Source: Mobula hypostoma (Eukaryota). From it: a DNA stretch of 64,000 nt. The DNA lies in the NCBI RefSeq assembly GCF_963921235.1, contig NC_086097.1, positions 51,834,001 to 51,898,000 of the forward strand, in the 5' to 3' direction. The position numbers were made by a program, and so were the translations under genes. Each line of letters opens with the position of its first letter. The stretch's first letter is position 1. Below, piece by piece: positions 37,030-50,419 of the stretch. Under the pieces are notes generated by a model. The model searched no databases, was not told the origin of the DNA, and saw only the letters and a program-made list of their open reading frames with translations.

Positions 37030-39930
37030 ACACTAGAACAGTAAATGCTTTAGCTGTTCAGTTGGGGGTTGTTGGGGAGAGGAGCCATTTGGGAGGATGG
37101 GAGGCAGATTAGATGGGTGTATGTAGTTGTAATAGAGCTGGCAAAATTGTGATTCCATGGTGCTTTCCTGGTTTTGGTTAACTATGTCACTGAGTTGGGA
37201 CAAGCTAAGACAATCAGCCAGCGCTCGTGGTCAGTATTTGAACTGATAACAGTGAGCTGGAAAAGAGATTAAAAAACAAGGAATCCAATGTAGAAAACCC
37301 TGAACTGGTCCTGGTGCAGAGCACTGATGAGTGGAGAAATAAAATCATGCATTTCAACATATGACTGAAGAGTTGATGCAGGAGGGATGTCTTGGGTTAT
37401 TGGGATGGTTCTTTGTGACCTGCATTAGTGATAGGGCCACATTTCACAGGTTTGCGGGTACTCGAGGTGAGATGTTACTCTGCCCTGGCAGGGGAAAAAC
37501 CCCCAGAACATTTTCAGGAAGCAAAAAGATCAAGTTAGGTTGGAAGGTAACAAAGCCAGGTAAGCAAACTTGGAAGGCTGAGGAAGCAAGCCCGGAAAAA
37601 AAACCCAGCAAAGTTTTTCGGTGTGTTGTGCTAAAGGCCAGGAAATGAGGCTGATGAACTGAGGCCGTAAGTATGCATGGGGAAGAATGAATATCATGTC
37701 TGCTATGGGGATGTAGCTTAATCAAGAGCAGCAGGGCTGATCATTCCCAGATTCACTGTTTTCAAAGAAGGCAAAAGGGAATAAAATGTAGGGGAAGTGT
37801 TGCAATATTGGGCAACAAAGTAATTTCAGCTATGAGTGGGATTTACTTGCCAGAAAACTCAACAAAGCCGGCTTCATGGGTTGAAATGAAGGACAAACAG
37901 AGAGCAATTACATTCAGCAAATGCATGATAACTCCTAATGTTACTGAGAGAAATATATAAACATGTTGATGGCAAATGGAAAAAAAACATTGTTCACCAC
38001 TGTGTCACAAACCTAACAAGGTGGGAGGGGGGAACAGACAGAGAGAAAAAACAGAAACATGCTGGGAACACCCAGCAAGCTGGACTACATCTGTGAGAAG
38101 AAAAGGAGAGTTAACATTTTGAATTGGAAACCCTTTGTCAGAACTGGGGGTGTTGGTGGGGTGGCGGAGGGATATCTCTGATAGAGTAGAACGGGGATGG
38201 CCATAGGGATAGGCTTTAATAAAGATTTTCTGGTCAATGACTGAATGGGAGCAGTTAGAGAAAACGGAGACAAAACAAGACAGATAAAAGAGTAGGGGAG
38301 GTGTGAAATGCAGAGCAGGAAAACATGACTGACACGTGCTTCATTCCCACAGAGCCATCCCACTCTGACTCAGGCCTATTGGTTTCTGGCTTCCTGTACT
38401 GTTACAACTAGGCCTAATACCAGCTTGAGGAACAGCACCTCTTATTCCACCTGGTTTACTCTCGAAGCCTTCCCCATGAGTGGGTATTGCTGCAAGGCAG
38501 CAGGGGTTTGAGATCGGGGTTTTCCTTCTCCTCGATGAGCTGCCAATCACGGCTGATGAGTCCCGTCAGCCTTTGTCCCTTCTGGAAATAGAGCGGTCAG
38601 CAGAACAGTTCTGCCGGGCTTAGTCGCTAAGCCACATGTGTAGGCCTGGAGCTGGATGAGGTTTTCAGAGGCTGTTTGAGATGCATGCCATTGGGAACAT
38701 TTATTAGGTAGTGGGAGTTTATACCCACTACCACCCCTGGCCATGACAATCTTAAGGAACCAACGACCAATTAAGCCATTGAACGGTATGTCTTTAGACT
38801 TGTCTATGTCCCCACTCTCTAACTTCTCCCATTCATTCATTGAACAGATAACCTTGTTTATGGCTTTGTCTCCCATGGTCATCCTGTTTTACCCCATCAG
38901 AGACATCGCTCTTTCTTCCACCTCCCTGCAGATAAACAAGCTTCTTTTCGGTCTCTGACCCGTAACATTAACTCTTTTAATCTTCTCACAGATGCTTTTG
39001 ACCAGCTGAGTACTTCTAGAATTTTCTGTTTTCTTAGATATCCAGCATTTGCAGTATTCTCCCCCCACCCAGATTTTCAGTTCTAGACAGTGGGCAGATG
39101 GTAGGAGTATTATTTAGGTGATGGAGAAATAATTCATTTAGACTTGATAGCAAGTCTCGGCTTTAAAGTTGTCAACTGGGACATTCATTTAGCTCCAAAG
39201 AAATAATTTAGTAAAATTGGGCTGATGACAATGATAAACCCGTGTCAGAATGACAGAATTATTCAACGGGTTAGATTCAAAATGGGTGGTTGAACTTGAA
39301 TTCACAAAAGATGGTTTGAACGGTCAAATCTGAACCCCTCTGGGTATTGGGAAATATGTGCAGCAGTTAAAAGGCAAAAAAAACCACATGAACCCTGAGT
39401 CAAGTGCTGAGAGTCCAGCATGTCAGAAAGCCTTGGAGGCCTTGAAAAGTGGCATTAAAAATAATTTAGGAAGAGGAAAAGTGCATTGCAAGTCTTGTTA
39501 AATAAAATCAAGAAAAACTCAAAGGTGTCTTGTAAATAATGACCAAGGACAGAATAGGCCCTTTTAGAGATCAAAGCAATAACTTTTATACAGAAGAAGA
39601 TACGGGTTTGCTTCTCAAGGAATGCATATTTTCAGCCTTCACATAAAGGGAGAATAAGGGTACTTTAGTTAAGGAGGAAGACTGCAAAATATTAAATAGG
39701 GTAAACGTAATTAAAACAGTTAAAGGATGTTTTCTTGAAATGAGCTAAATTGAATAAACTCCCTGGTGATTAAAAGAAATCTTGGAAAAATCAGTCTGTG
39801 ACTTACATTTTTTTGACCTCTGGTTATAGACTGGAGAACTGCTGGTGTTGTTCTCTTGTTTACAAATGACAGCAGGACATACTGAGTAATTTTAGACTAG
39901 TCAGTCTGGCATTAGTGTTAGACAATCATT
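37030..39930 (+). mobile_element. Old degraded CR1 (ORF1/endonuclease/linker), interrupted at ~38040-39060 by Penelope and RTE-related pieces
   Basis: Scattered CR1-like remnants (for example GACTGGAGAACTGCTGGTGTTGTTCTCTTGTTTACAAA, DWRTAxVVxLF). Confidence 0.45.
38455..38760 (-). mobile_element. Non-coding, hairpin-rich repeat resembling an RTE 5'UTR-derived SINE
   Basis: Minus strand GGCAGCTCATCGAGGAGAAGGAAAACCCCGATCTCAAACC; several local hairpins. Confidence 0.4.
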
Positions 39931-41544
39931 AACGTTCATATCCGCTTCTTAGTATCTGATGTAAATTTCCTTTTTCAACCTTTGCTTATCCTGTATGGTC
40001 CAAGATATCCAAAGGAGTTCCAGACTTGGGAGTGAAATCTGTTATTGTTTGATTCTGCATGCTTTGGCCTTACGTCGTTTCCTCCTTGTGTTATGCCAAT
40101 GCTTTGACATTGGTTTACTTTCAAATAACTTTGTAGCTCAGTAAAAGTGGTGCAAGATCTGTGAGTGTTGGAAATGCTAAGCTAAAACAGAAAATGCTGT
40201 TTTCTGAGATCTCTCTCTCTCTCTCACGATTAGTGAGAGCCACGAGGAAGGTGTTGAAGGTCAGTCTGCCAAATCACAGAACACTGTTCTTGTCAATAGG
40301 TCTAATGGCAATGGTACAGTGCATTCATGTTGACTGGCCCGCTGAGCAGGTTGTGCTTGAGTGCAGTGGAAAACCCTGAGACTGTCATTGTTATAGATCC
40401 TAGGAAGATAAGAGACTGGAAGGAAGGGTCTATAGTTTCATATAAGGACTCCTGGCCTAATAAATTGTCACAGAGCCAGGAAATGAAGAGTTCAGCATTG
40501 TTAAGAAGGTATAGAGACTTGAAACTGGGGTTTATGCTTAAGGTTGATAGTTTGGAATGAGATCAAATGTGACAGTGAAAATACGGCTGGACTGGCAACA
40601 AGGATGAAGGGTGGGGTGGAGGAAAGTGAAATGGCGAAATGATGTGGAGGACAAATTCAGGAGCTGATGGAGGATGCCATATTTGAAACAAAGTGGAAGT
40701 CTTTTTGTTGAAAATATTCACAGTAAAAGCAGCTTTTCTTTAATTGAAGGTTTTATCATGATAAATTGTTGTTCTGTACCCTATTGTCACTAAATCTAAC
40801 TAAATGATGAATAATGCAGCCGAAGTATACTCCCATTGATGTTATTTCTACCTTCATAGCTTTATATTGACCCTGAATTTGCCCTTTGCTTGCTACATAC
40901 CAAATGCAATGTTCCCAATGAATGGTACAATAGTGCTTTAGAAACTAGTTCGTCTTTATCTTTGGGAGCTTGGTTGTGAAAGTCTGCTATTGCACACTTT
41001 GTGGTACAGCTGTGTGTCAATAACGGCATGCAGAACCACATACAGAATTGAAAGGATGAATCTTTCTGATGTTTGATTGCATCTTTAACAATCAATACAT
41101 AACTTGTGAAGAAGAAGCTTACCTACTGATTGAAGCTATTGCCACTGTAATAAATTAATGTCAAATCCATTCACCTGACAAAATACTGGCAGACAGATCA
41201 GGGCACGGCCATTTGCCTTCTCCAAACACACTTGACAAACATCCTAAGAGAAGCTAAAACTGGATTAGTAAATAAAAGTTCCTGCGGAAAGGAAGTGGTG
41301 CTCCCTAGGTCACTAAGTCAAACATTCCACAGCTACTCACTATGGTGGAGGGTTTCCACCTGAAACATTGATTGTTCATTCCCCTCCATAGATGCTGCCT
41401 GACCTGTTGAGTTCCTCCAGCATTTTGTGTGTGTTGCTTAAGATTTCCATCATCTGCAGAATCTCTTGTGCACTCAGTAGACTGGATTTTATCTGTGCAG
41501 TGTGCTCTGACTGAGCAGCAATGGTGGTGATCGATAACATAGTT

Positions 41545-42325
41545 CAACCCAGATAGTGTGAGGTGATTCATCTTGGTAGGTTCAAATATGATGGCGGAAT
41601 ATAATATTAATGGTAAGACTCTTGGCAGTATGGAGGATCAGAGGGATCTTGGGGTCTGAGTCCATAGGATACTCAAAGCTGCTGCGCAGGTTGACTCTGT
41701 GGTTAAGAAGGCATAGAGTGTATTGGCCTTCATCAACTGTGGGATTGAGTTCAAGAGCTGTGAGGTAACGTCACAGCTATATAGGACCCTGGTTAGACCC
41801 CACTCGGAGTACTGTGCTCACCTCACTACAAGAAGGATGTGGAAACTATAGAAAGGGTGCAGAGGAGATTTACAAGAATATTGTCTAGATTGGGGAGCGT
41901 GCCTTATGAGAATAGGTTGAGTGAACTTGGAGTGATGGAGGATGAGAGGTGACCTGATAGAGGTGTATAAGATGATGAGAGGCATTGATCATGTGGATTG
42001 TCAGAGGCTTATTCTCAGGGCTGAAGTAGCTAACATGAGAGGGCACAGTTTTAAGGTGCTTAGAAGTAGGTACAGAGGAGATATCAGGGGTAAGTTTTTT
42101 ATGCAGAGAGTGGTAAGTGCGTGGAATGGGCCGCTGGTGATGGTGGTGGAGGTGGATGCGATAAGGTCTTTTAAGAGACTCCTGGATAGGAACATGGAGC
42201 TTAGAAATATCGAGGGCTATGGGAAACCCTAGGAAATTTCTAAAGTAAGTACATGTTCGGCATAGCATTGTGGGTCAAAGGGCCTGTATTGTGCTGTGGG
42301 TTTTATATGTTTCTATGTTCTATGT
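41545..42325 (+). mobile_element. CR1 LINE 3' fragment with (TTCTATG)n tail
   Basis: MRGDLIEVYKMMRGID...RGHSFKV...FFMQRVVSAWN. Same subfamily as the copies at 21617 and 51428. Confidence 0.9.
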
Positions 42326-42569
42326 AAATATCTGTTCAGTGACATTTTAACCCAGGTATTACATTAACAAATCTTTTCTGTTCTTCATCATAAGCCAATT
42401 TCAACCTAAATATTTGAAGCGACACTTCGAGTATGAAGTTTGATTGTTTTTTTTGGAATTCAGAATACATCAGGAAAAATTAGTAGAATGAAGTCCAGGC
42501 ATCTAAAGGCTGTGGCTGATTGTGATAACTCCCACCTGCATACGATGCTAAGAGCTGTAAGGTCCTATG

Positions 42570-43300
42570 TGGAAATAGCCTTTCCTACTGAGGGAGGAAT
42601 ACAGAGCATCTAACAGCACAGCACAGGAGTATGAATAATATAATCACTCGAGTGAAGTACGATGTTGTCCTAAGGTGGTCGCCTGGGTATCTGTTGAGGT
42701 TAACCCTGGATCCACATATTCCAGTGCAGTCTGTGTGAGAGTAAATGGTGGCTATGATGGTTGGGCCTTTTGGTTCTTCAGTCTCTCCTTTGCAGCTGTC
42801 ATTTGTTCTGTGTGACACAGCGGAGGTTCACCTGATGTAGCGCAGCTCCCTCTTGAACAGATTTCCTCCATCTATTGAGTGCAATGTCTTCCCAGTTTTT
42901 AGATGTAATGTTGAACTTCTTCTGGCTCATTGTGATGTTATCTTTGAAGCTTTCCCTTTGCCCACCAGGGGCTCATCGACCTTCCTTCAACTGGGAGTAA
43001 TGGATCTGTTTGGGGAGACGTGAGTTAGGTATCTGAATGACATGGCCTATCCACAGCATGGGTCCTTTGCATACAATGCTGTGCCAACTACTCAACGAGC
43101 AGCCGAGCCCTTCCCCCCGGTTGTCCACCAGCCCTGTTCTCCCACTGGTAAGGCAGATGGTTGTTTATCACCTGGTGAGTCGTGCAGATCGTGGGGCTAG
43201 CAAATGCAGTTGGAACTGGGGCCGGTGGTTGCAGTCGACTGGAATCTCTATTCAGCTGGGTGTCAGTGATACAATAAGTGATGAAATGCTAAGAATGGTT
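42570..43300 (-). mobile_element. Internally deleted RTE (BovB/Expander-like) element
   Basis: Minus translation GHVIQIPNSRLPKQIHYSQLKEGR*APGGQ...FKDNI, then CTGICGSRV. Confidence 0.7.
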
Positions 43301-44624
43301 TCCGTTTAGGAGATTGGGAATTTTTCTTGCCCACCTCTTTGTCCCGGACACATAGAAGTCCTGAAGCCAATGACCTCTTCTGTGATCCAAATCACTGCTT
43401 TGCTCTGAGCCTCCGATGGAGATTGAGACGGGAGCAGCTTCAATAGCTGCAGGAGAGCGGCAGTCAGGGCAGAGCTGTCCCAGCAAAAGCACTGGGGAAG
43501 CCAACAGTATTCTGAGGTGGCATTCCAGCACCTGGAGACGTCCATTAGTACACACGACCCAGAGTGAGCATGGCACACTGTGCTCAGCCCAACGCTGGAT
43601 ACTAACAAAGTATGGATCTGCACAAGAGACAAGGTGGAATATACAGAACCTATTCCAATAATTCTGAGAAGATGGCAGTATGATGTGATATAGCAAATGC
43701 GTTGCTGACAGGAAATTCTCAGCATTTGGGAGGTTCCCATGGTCTATAATTCAATATATCTAGAAGAAAGGTCCATTTTCCACATCAGCCACACTCCTGG
43801 CCCCCAGTCTACAAATGGAACCAATCCTGCAATGGCCGAGTATCCCCCTCTCAGCCCATTGTTCAGTGACATTTCTTCACTGCTGGGAGGCCACACCAGG
43901 AGATAACCAAAAGCAGGAAGTAGTGGGGAAAATTAAGTACTTAGCAATAAAACAACATATGTACTGTATGTTAAAATATTTGTGCAGAAGCAAACCTTTA
44001 CTCCTCCTTTTCTCCTCCAAGCACTCCTACATGTGGCATCTTTGGTCTTTGATAGTTGCTCAGAGTAGTTCCATGAGATTTTTCTAGCCAGAGACCTCCA
44101 TATTCTGCTGTGCATAAGGATCCTGCCAAAGATTGTCTGCCGGAGCAAACCCAATCATTGGGAATATGAAGCACAGAAACTGACAGCACGGGATGCAGAC
44201 GTTCATTCAGGCAGCCCTGGGATGGAGCTATCTGAGTTAATTCCCTCTTCACAACTTGTAAATGAACTAATACTACTTTATGCTCTGTCCTATGAATTCA
44301 TATTTTTCTGATTGACAAATGGCTATTCAAGCTACTGCTCAAAGTGATGTGACATTCATGATTGCTGTATTTGGTGTTCCCTGTAACAAGCTGTTCTTGC
44401 AATGGCAACATCGTCACAAATGCTAATTTCATCTTCAAGCTCTAGCAAGATAGAGTGTGCACTGTGTAGTAGTACCTAGCACATGTCTTGCTTTTGCACC
44501 AGGCTCTCCTGTTCATCAGTGGCTTCAATGGACTAAGAAAGCCTAGCCTTCCACTGTTTCCTCCAGAAAAGAGTGTCCTAATTCCCATCTGAAAGACGCA
44601 ATTGACTCTGTTTCCATCACCCTG

Positions 44625-45650
44625 CCAAACATTATATTCCAGATTTCCCACACATCTACCCTCCCTTATCCTCCCACTGTCATAGCAGGGATGGGAATCC
44701 CCTCAATCATATCTACCACTCCATGAGCCTCCAGATCCAGACCATCAATCTCTGTAACTTCTGCCATCTCCATTGGGATCCTACCATTAAGCAAATCTTT
44801 TTCCCAGCTCTGCTTTCTGGAGGGATCGCTCTATATGTGACTCCCTAGTCCATTCATCCCTCCCCACTAATCTCCTCCTGGAACTTATTCCTGCAAGTGG
44901 AACAAGTGCTACACCTGTTCCTGCTCCTCTTGCCCCACCGCCATTCAGGGCCCCAAACAGTCCTTCCAGGTAAGGCAACACTTTATCTGCAAGTCTGTTG
45001 GGGTTGTCTTTTGTATCCGGTGCTGCCAGTGCAGCCTCCTCTATATCAGGGAGACCAGACGCAGATTGGGAGACCACTTTGTCGAGCACCTTGTTTTGTC
45101 AATAGCAAAAGGCAGGATCTCTGGTGACCAGCCATTCCAATTTGACTTCCCTTTCCCATTCTGATAAATCCTTCTCCACTGCCATGATGAGGCCAAATTC
45201 AGGTTGAAGGAACAGCACCTCATATTCTGTTTGGGTAGCCTCCAACCTGATGGCATGAACATCAATATCTCAAGTTCCCAGTAATTTCTAACCCTCCTTC
45301 CTTCCCTCTTTTTCCATTTCCCATTCTGTCTCCCCTCTTACCCCTTCTCTTCTTCTCTCCTGCCCATCACCTCCTCTTCCTCCCCTTTCTTCCTGGGTCC
45401 ACTGCCCTGTCCTATTAGATTCCTTGTTCTTCAGCCCTGTACCCCTTCTGCCTATCCCCTCCCAGCTTCTTAGTTCGTACCTGCTCCCTCACCCACACAC
45501 ATTCCCCCCTCAATTGTCTCGCCTATCTCCTGTCAGCTTGTGCTCTTTCCTCTCTCTCCACCTTCTTATTCTGACTTCTGCCCCCTTCCTTTCCAGTCCT
45601 GATGAAGGGCCTCGTTCATAGTTGTTGCCTGACTTGCTGAGTTTCTCCTC
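44625..45650 (+). mobile_element. Penelope-like element fragment (Cys linker + GIY-YIG endonuclease + truncated pLTR)
   Basis: CKWNKCYTC; VFCIRCCQCSLLYIRETRRRLGDHFVEHL. CAGTCCTGATGAAGGG at ~45594. Confidence 0.85.
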
Positions 45651-46077
45651 TAATGTACATGCTGCTCATTGCATTCCAGATGTTGATCACCCCACCCCCC
45701 TGCAAACTGCCTTTTCCAAAAGCTCCCTTCTGTAAAGCGCTACAGGGCTATTAAAAGAAAAATTTCAGGCCATCTCAAAAATTTCTTCCCCCAGGCAGTT
45801 AATCTAATCAACCATTCTAGTTAGCTCCACCCACCCCTCTTCACCTATTACCCCTGTTACTGTTCTGCACTGTGAGCACTTTAAACCACTTTTTATAATG
45901 CTGTTTGCATTGTAATTACATGCTGGTATTTATGTATTTATGCACTTTTTATTGCATTTCCATACTTTAATCACCAACTTTAGTTTTTAAATATAATTTC
46001 TTTATAATTGTTGAATGTTGTTGTTCTCTTTGTTGAACATCATGACCTGACTAACACACCACAGCAAATTTCTAATA

Positions 46078-48178
46078 CAGGTTAACTGGGTCATCAGAAG
46101 TCCTAATTCCAGTTAATTGGGCCATCGGTTAATCAGGGCAGCCATTTATTTGGAAAATTCTTAAAGAACAAAAGTTAATTGAGAAAATAGCTGGAATTCC
46201 CTTTGTTTATTTGGTATATCTTGCAGCTTAATTGGGGCAGGAGACTGTTGCCGAATAGTTTCTAACTAACGTCAGGCGTGTGCACTTGTGTGGCTGTTAG
46301 GCACAACACTGTTTAGAGCAAATAGTTTTTAAAAAGTGTCAGAAAACAGTGAATTTTATTACTGTTAGTTGGTGAGAAATAAGCAGTAAGACAATTCAGA
46401 ACTGTATTGCTCACCGCAGTTTCAAGCATTCAGGCTTAGAGATAGCAGAAACAGACGGGAGTGAAAATGAAATGACTACATAGTTAGGAACCAAAAAAGA
46501 ATTTGAAGGTATCAGCAATCATCTTTAATGTTACAATGAAAATGAAAATGTGGAGGATGCGCACTGATTTTGTTCATTTACAGTCAATCAAAGAAACACG
46601 ACAGCGTAAACTGGATAAATTCCTCCATTGATGACAATTAGGAACACAGTTTTATCATACTGTAGTAGTGTTGATGGTGTTCTAATTTGTTCTGTATTTC
46701 ATATAAATACATAATTTATTACTTGGTTAAATGCTAGTTTGTCTTTTCAAACCTTTTAACTATTTCCATGAAACTTTGGCTTATTGGGGGAGCTGCTTTT
46801 TTTAAAAAAATGCTTTATTTTCAAAATTTCAAAAAAGGCAATGAAATCAACAAGAACATCCCAGCTCAGACATGTGTAAAAATGAAATTAGCAAAAAAAA
46901 GGGACATAACATTAGAGGGATGCCTATTGCGCAAAGTGCTCAAAAATACTAAACATTAAATCTCAAATGAGGGCCCTGAGAAATCAGCTGGGGGGAAATT
47001 GCTCATCTGCCCCTGGCCTCGTCCAGGTAGGCAAGAAATGGATCCCAGATAGCTAAAAATTTTTTCATTGAATTGGTTCTCAAGAACCTAAGTTTCTCCA
47101 TCTATATGACTGAGATCATATCAGCTATCCATCTCCGAAACGAAGGGGGAGAGGGTGATTTCCATTCCATCAAGATAAGTCTTTTGGCAACAATCATCCC
47201 CCGCATCAGAGACAGTTGTATGTCTGCAGGGAAACAAAAAGTAGATTGCGAGCAGCCAAATATAGCGAGACCAACTTCCAAGGGGAAGGATCTTTTATAG
47301 GCCTTTGAGTACCAGTCGAATATTTTGGACCAAAATCCAGTCAGTAATGGGCAAAACCAAAAAGTGTGTGACAACGTGGCCTCCATCCCTTGGCATCTAT
47401 CACACACTGGCAAGACAGAAGGGTAAATCCTGTGCAATCTAAGTTTAGAGTAGTGGAGACGGTGGACAACTTTAAACTGGATCAGTTGTGCCTGCTGTTA
47501 AGAGAGCAAGCCTGTATCATAGATAAACACTTATTCCAAACAGTTTCAGATAATTCAATGCCCAACTCCTCTCTCCAGGTGTCTCTAATCTTCCCAGTAG
47601 ACGCTACAGTGCAATTATCAAACAAATGTACAAACTTAGAAACGAGACGCCTGGAGTCAGGAGGGTTCTTTAAAATATCAAAAAACATATGTTTCCCTGG
47701 AAGGATTTCAAAATTACAAATCTTAGATTGAATGTAGTGTCTAATTTGTAAGTAACGAAAAAAGTGTGAATGAGGCAGCTCAAATTTCTCTTTCAGCAGA
47801 CTAAATGTTGCAAACCTTCCCTCTATGTATAGGTCTTCAATAGGAACTAGACCCTTCTCCCTCCAAGCATGGTAGGTTTTATCTGACCATGAGGGTTGAA
47901 AGGAGTGATTGAAACAGATTGGTGTTTGTACAGAGGTCTCTGGTAAATTCAGAACGCTCCTAATCTGATTTAGAATTCTGACGGAATTTTTCAAAACAAA
48001 ACTCAAACTTTTTGAAGTCCCAGGCTTCTCTAACATAGAGAACAGCATGGCTGGCAAGGAGGAATTAACAACAGAGTTAGACTCCATGCATAGCCACAAG
48101 AGAGCCCCTATTGGGGGAGCTGCTTAACTGGCCCAAAATATACCGCATGATATGTCCCAATTAACTGGAATCTATATG
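46078..48178 (+). mobile_element. Tigger/pogo-like DNA transposon remnant, split by an L1 insertion
   Basis: Inverted ends ATTCCAGTTAATTGGG and CCCAATTAACTGGAAT. Remnants TIQNCIAH and RQRKLDKFLH*. Confidence 0.7.
46799..48108 (-). mobile_element. L1-clade LINE, 5'-truncated, 17-bp TSD
   Basis: TSD TATTGGGGGAGCTGCTT at 46782-46798 and 48109-48125. ORF2 C-terminus FFRYLQIRH and the CCHC knuckle CDRC...SHTFWFC. Minus-strand AATAAA plus A-tail. Confidence 0.9.
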
Positions 48179-48214
48179 TATATGGCGAATAAAGTTAATC
48201 CAAAATTGTCAAAT

Positions 48215-49856
48215 CACCTCCTTTCGATTAGTCCTTACTCTTAATAATTTCTCCTTTGGCTCCTCCCACTTCCTCCAAACTGAAGGTGTAGCTATGGGCA
48301 CCCGTATGGGTCCTAGCTATACCAGTCTTTTTGTTGGCTTTGTGGAACAATCTATGTTCCAAACTTATTCTGGTATCTGTCCCCCACTTTTCCTTTGCCA
48401 CATCGATGACTGCATTGGCCTGCTTCCTGCACACATGCTGAGCTCGTTGACTTCAACTACTTTGCCTCCAACTTTCACCCTGCCCTCAAGTTTACCTGGT
48501 CCATTTCCAACACCTCCCTCCCCTTTCTAGATCTTTCTGTCTCTACCTCTGGAGAGATCTTATCTACTGATGTCTACTATAAGCATACTGACTCTCACAG
48601 CTATCTGGACTATTCCTCTTCTCACCGTCTCTTGCAAAAATGCCATCCCCTTCTCGCAATTCCTCCGTCTCCGCCGCATCTGCTCTCAGGATGAAACTTT
48701 TCATTCCAGGACGAGGGTGATGTCCTCCTTTTTTAAAGAAAGGGGCTTCCCTTCCTCCACCATCAACTCTGCTCTCAAACGCATCTCCCCCCATTTCACG
48801 CACATCTGCTCTCACTCCATCCTCCCGCCACCCCACTAGGAAAAGGGTTCCCCTTGTCCTCACCTACCACCCCACCAGCCTCCGGGTCCAACATATTATT
48901 CTCCGTAGCTTCCTCCACCTCCAACGGGATCCCACCACTAAGCACATCTTTCCCTCCCCCTTCCCCCGCTTTCCGCAGGGATCGCTCCCTACGCGACTCC
49001 CTTGTCCATTCATCCCCCCCCCCCCATCCCTCCCCACTGATCTCCCTCCTGGCACTTATCCTTGTAAGCGGAACAAGTGCTACACATGCCCTTACACTTC
49101 CTCCCTTACCACCATTCAGGGCCCCAGACAGTCCTTCCAGGTGAGGCGACACTTCAGCTGTGGGTCGGCTGGGGTGATATACTGCGTCCGGTGCTCCTGA
49201 TGTGGCCTTCTATATGAGATCCGACGCAGGCTGGGAGATCGTTTTGCTGAACACCTATACTCTGTCCGCCAGAGAAAGCAGGATCTCCCAGTGGCCACAC
49301 ATTTTAATTCCACGTCCCATTCCCATTCTGATATGTCTATCCATGGCCTCCTCTACTGTCAAGATGAAGCCACACTCAGGTTGGAGGAACAACACCTTAT
49401 ATTCCGTCTGGGTAGCCTCCAACCTGATGGCATGAGCATTGACTTCTCTAACTTCCGCTAATGCCCCACCTCCCCCTTGTACCCCATCTGTTATTTATTT
49501 ATATACACACATTCTTCTTCTCTCTCTCCTTTTTCTTCCTCTGTCCCTCTCACTATATCCCTTGTCCATCCTCTGGGCTTCCCCCCCCCCTTTCCTTCTC
49601 CCTGGACCTCCTGTCCCATGATCCTCTCATATCCCTTTTGCCTATCACCTGTCCAGCTCTTGGCTCCATCCCTCCCCCTCCTGTCTTCTCCTATCATTTT
49701 GGATCTCCCCCTCCCCTCCCACTTTCAAATCTCTTACTAACTCTTCCTTCAGTTAGTCCTGACAAAGGGTCTTGGCCTGAAACGTCGACTGTACCTCTTC
49801 CTAGAGATGCTGCCTGGCCTGCTGTGTTCACCAGCAACTTTGATGTGCGTTGCTTG
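48215..49856 (+). mobile_element. Penelope-like retroelement (Neptune-like): RT, Cys linker, GIY-YIG, pLTR
   Basis: GVAMGTRMGPSY, HIDDCIG, CKNAIPFSQFLRLRRICS, CKRNKCYTC, VIYCVRC...RLGDRFAEHL. Frameshifted. Confidence 0.9.
49754..49791 (+). ncRNA. Minimal hammerhead motif with core mutation (CUGACAA)
   Basis: TAGTC-CTGACAA-AGG(GTCTTGG)CCT-GAAAC-GTC-GACTG. Stem I pairs TAGTC with GACTG. Confidence 0.6.
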
Positions 49857-50419
49857 TCAAATCACTGTCAGTATAGGAAGTATGAGCAATCCTGTCACAG
49901 AGGTAGGCTATAACGCTTCTAAGCAGTGTTAGTACTTGTTGGAATAACTCTGCATCACTTCTTCAGTTCATTAACTCTCCTTTATGCTCTCATCTTCCTG
50001 TCACTGCTGTGGGCTTACGTTTACATCATTATAATTCAGTGAGTAACAAATCGAAATTGACACCCAACATTTCACGAATTGTGAAATGAAAGAGTCAGCT
50101 TATTAGAACTAACCTGCTGATGAGCTGTCACTTTTCTAGAGTTTAGTGTTTGGCTCCCTCCAACTCACCCCACTCCCCAAACCTCCTCAATCCCATCCAT
50201 GTCTGTGCATTTGGGCTCAGAATAAAACATGCAAATCATTTTCAGTGTGAGAGCCTGATTCAGAGCAAAGTTGATGGGCACATTTGTCATAAAGACGCCA
50301 CATTCTGCAATCCAGCTTACGTGCTGGCAGGACACATGCCCTGAGAAGCTTCAGAAATACTCTAGTATACATGAACAATCTCAAGTGTTCTCATTTCTTT
50401 AGATTTAGGTAGGGCCATG

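Noticed and set aside
38553..38570. Hammerhead at CTGATGAG
   Set aside because: No stem II followed by GAAA at the required spacing.
43289..44252. Overlapping 70-144-aa ORFs
   Set aside because: No recognisable domain or consistent exon signals; probably old unclassified repeat or chance ORFs.
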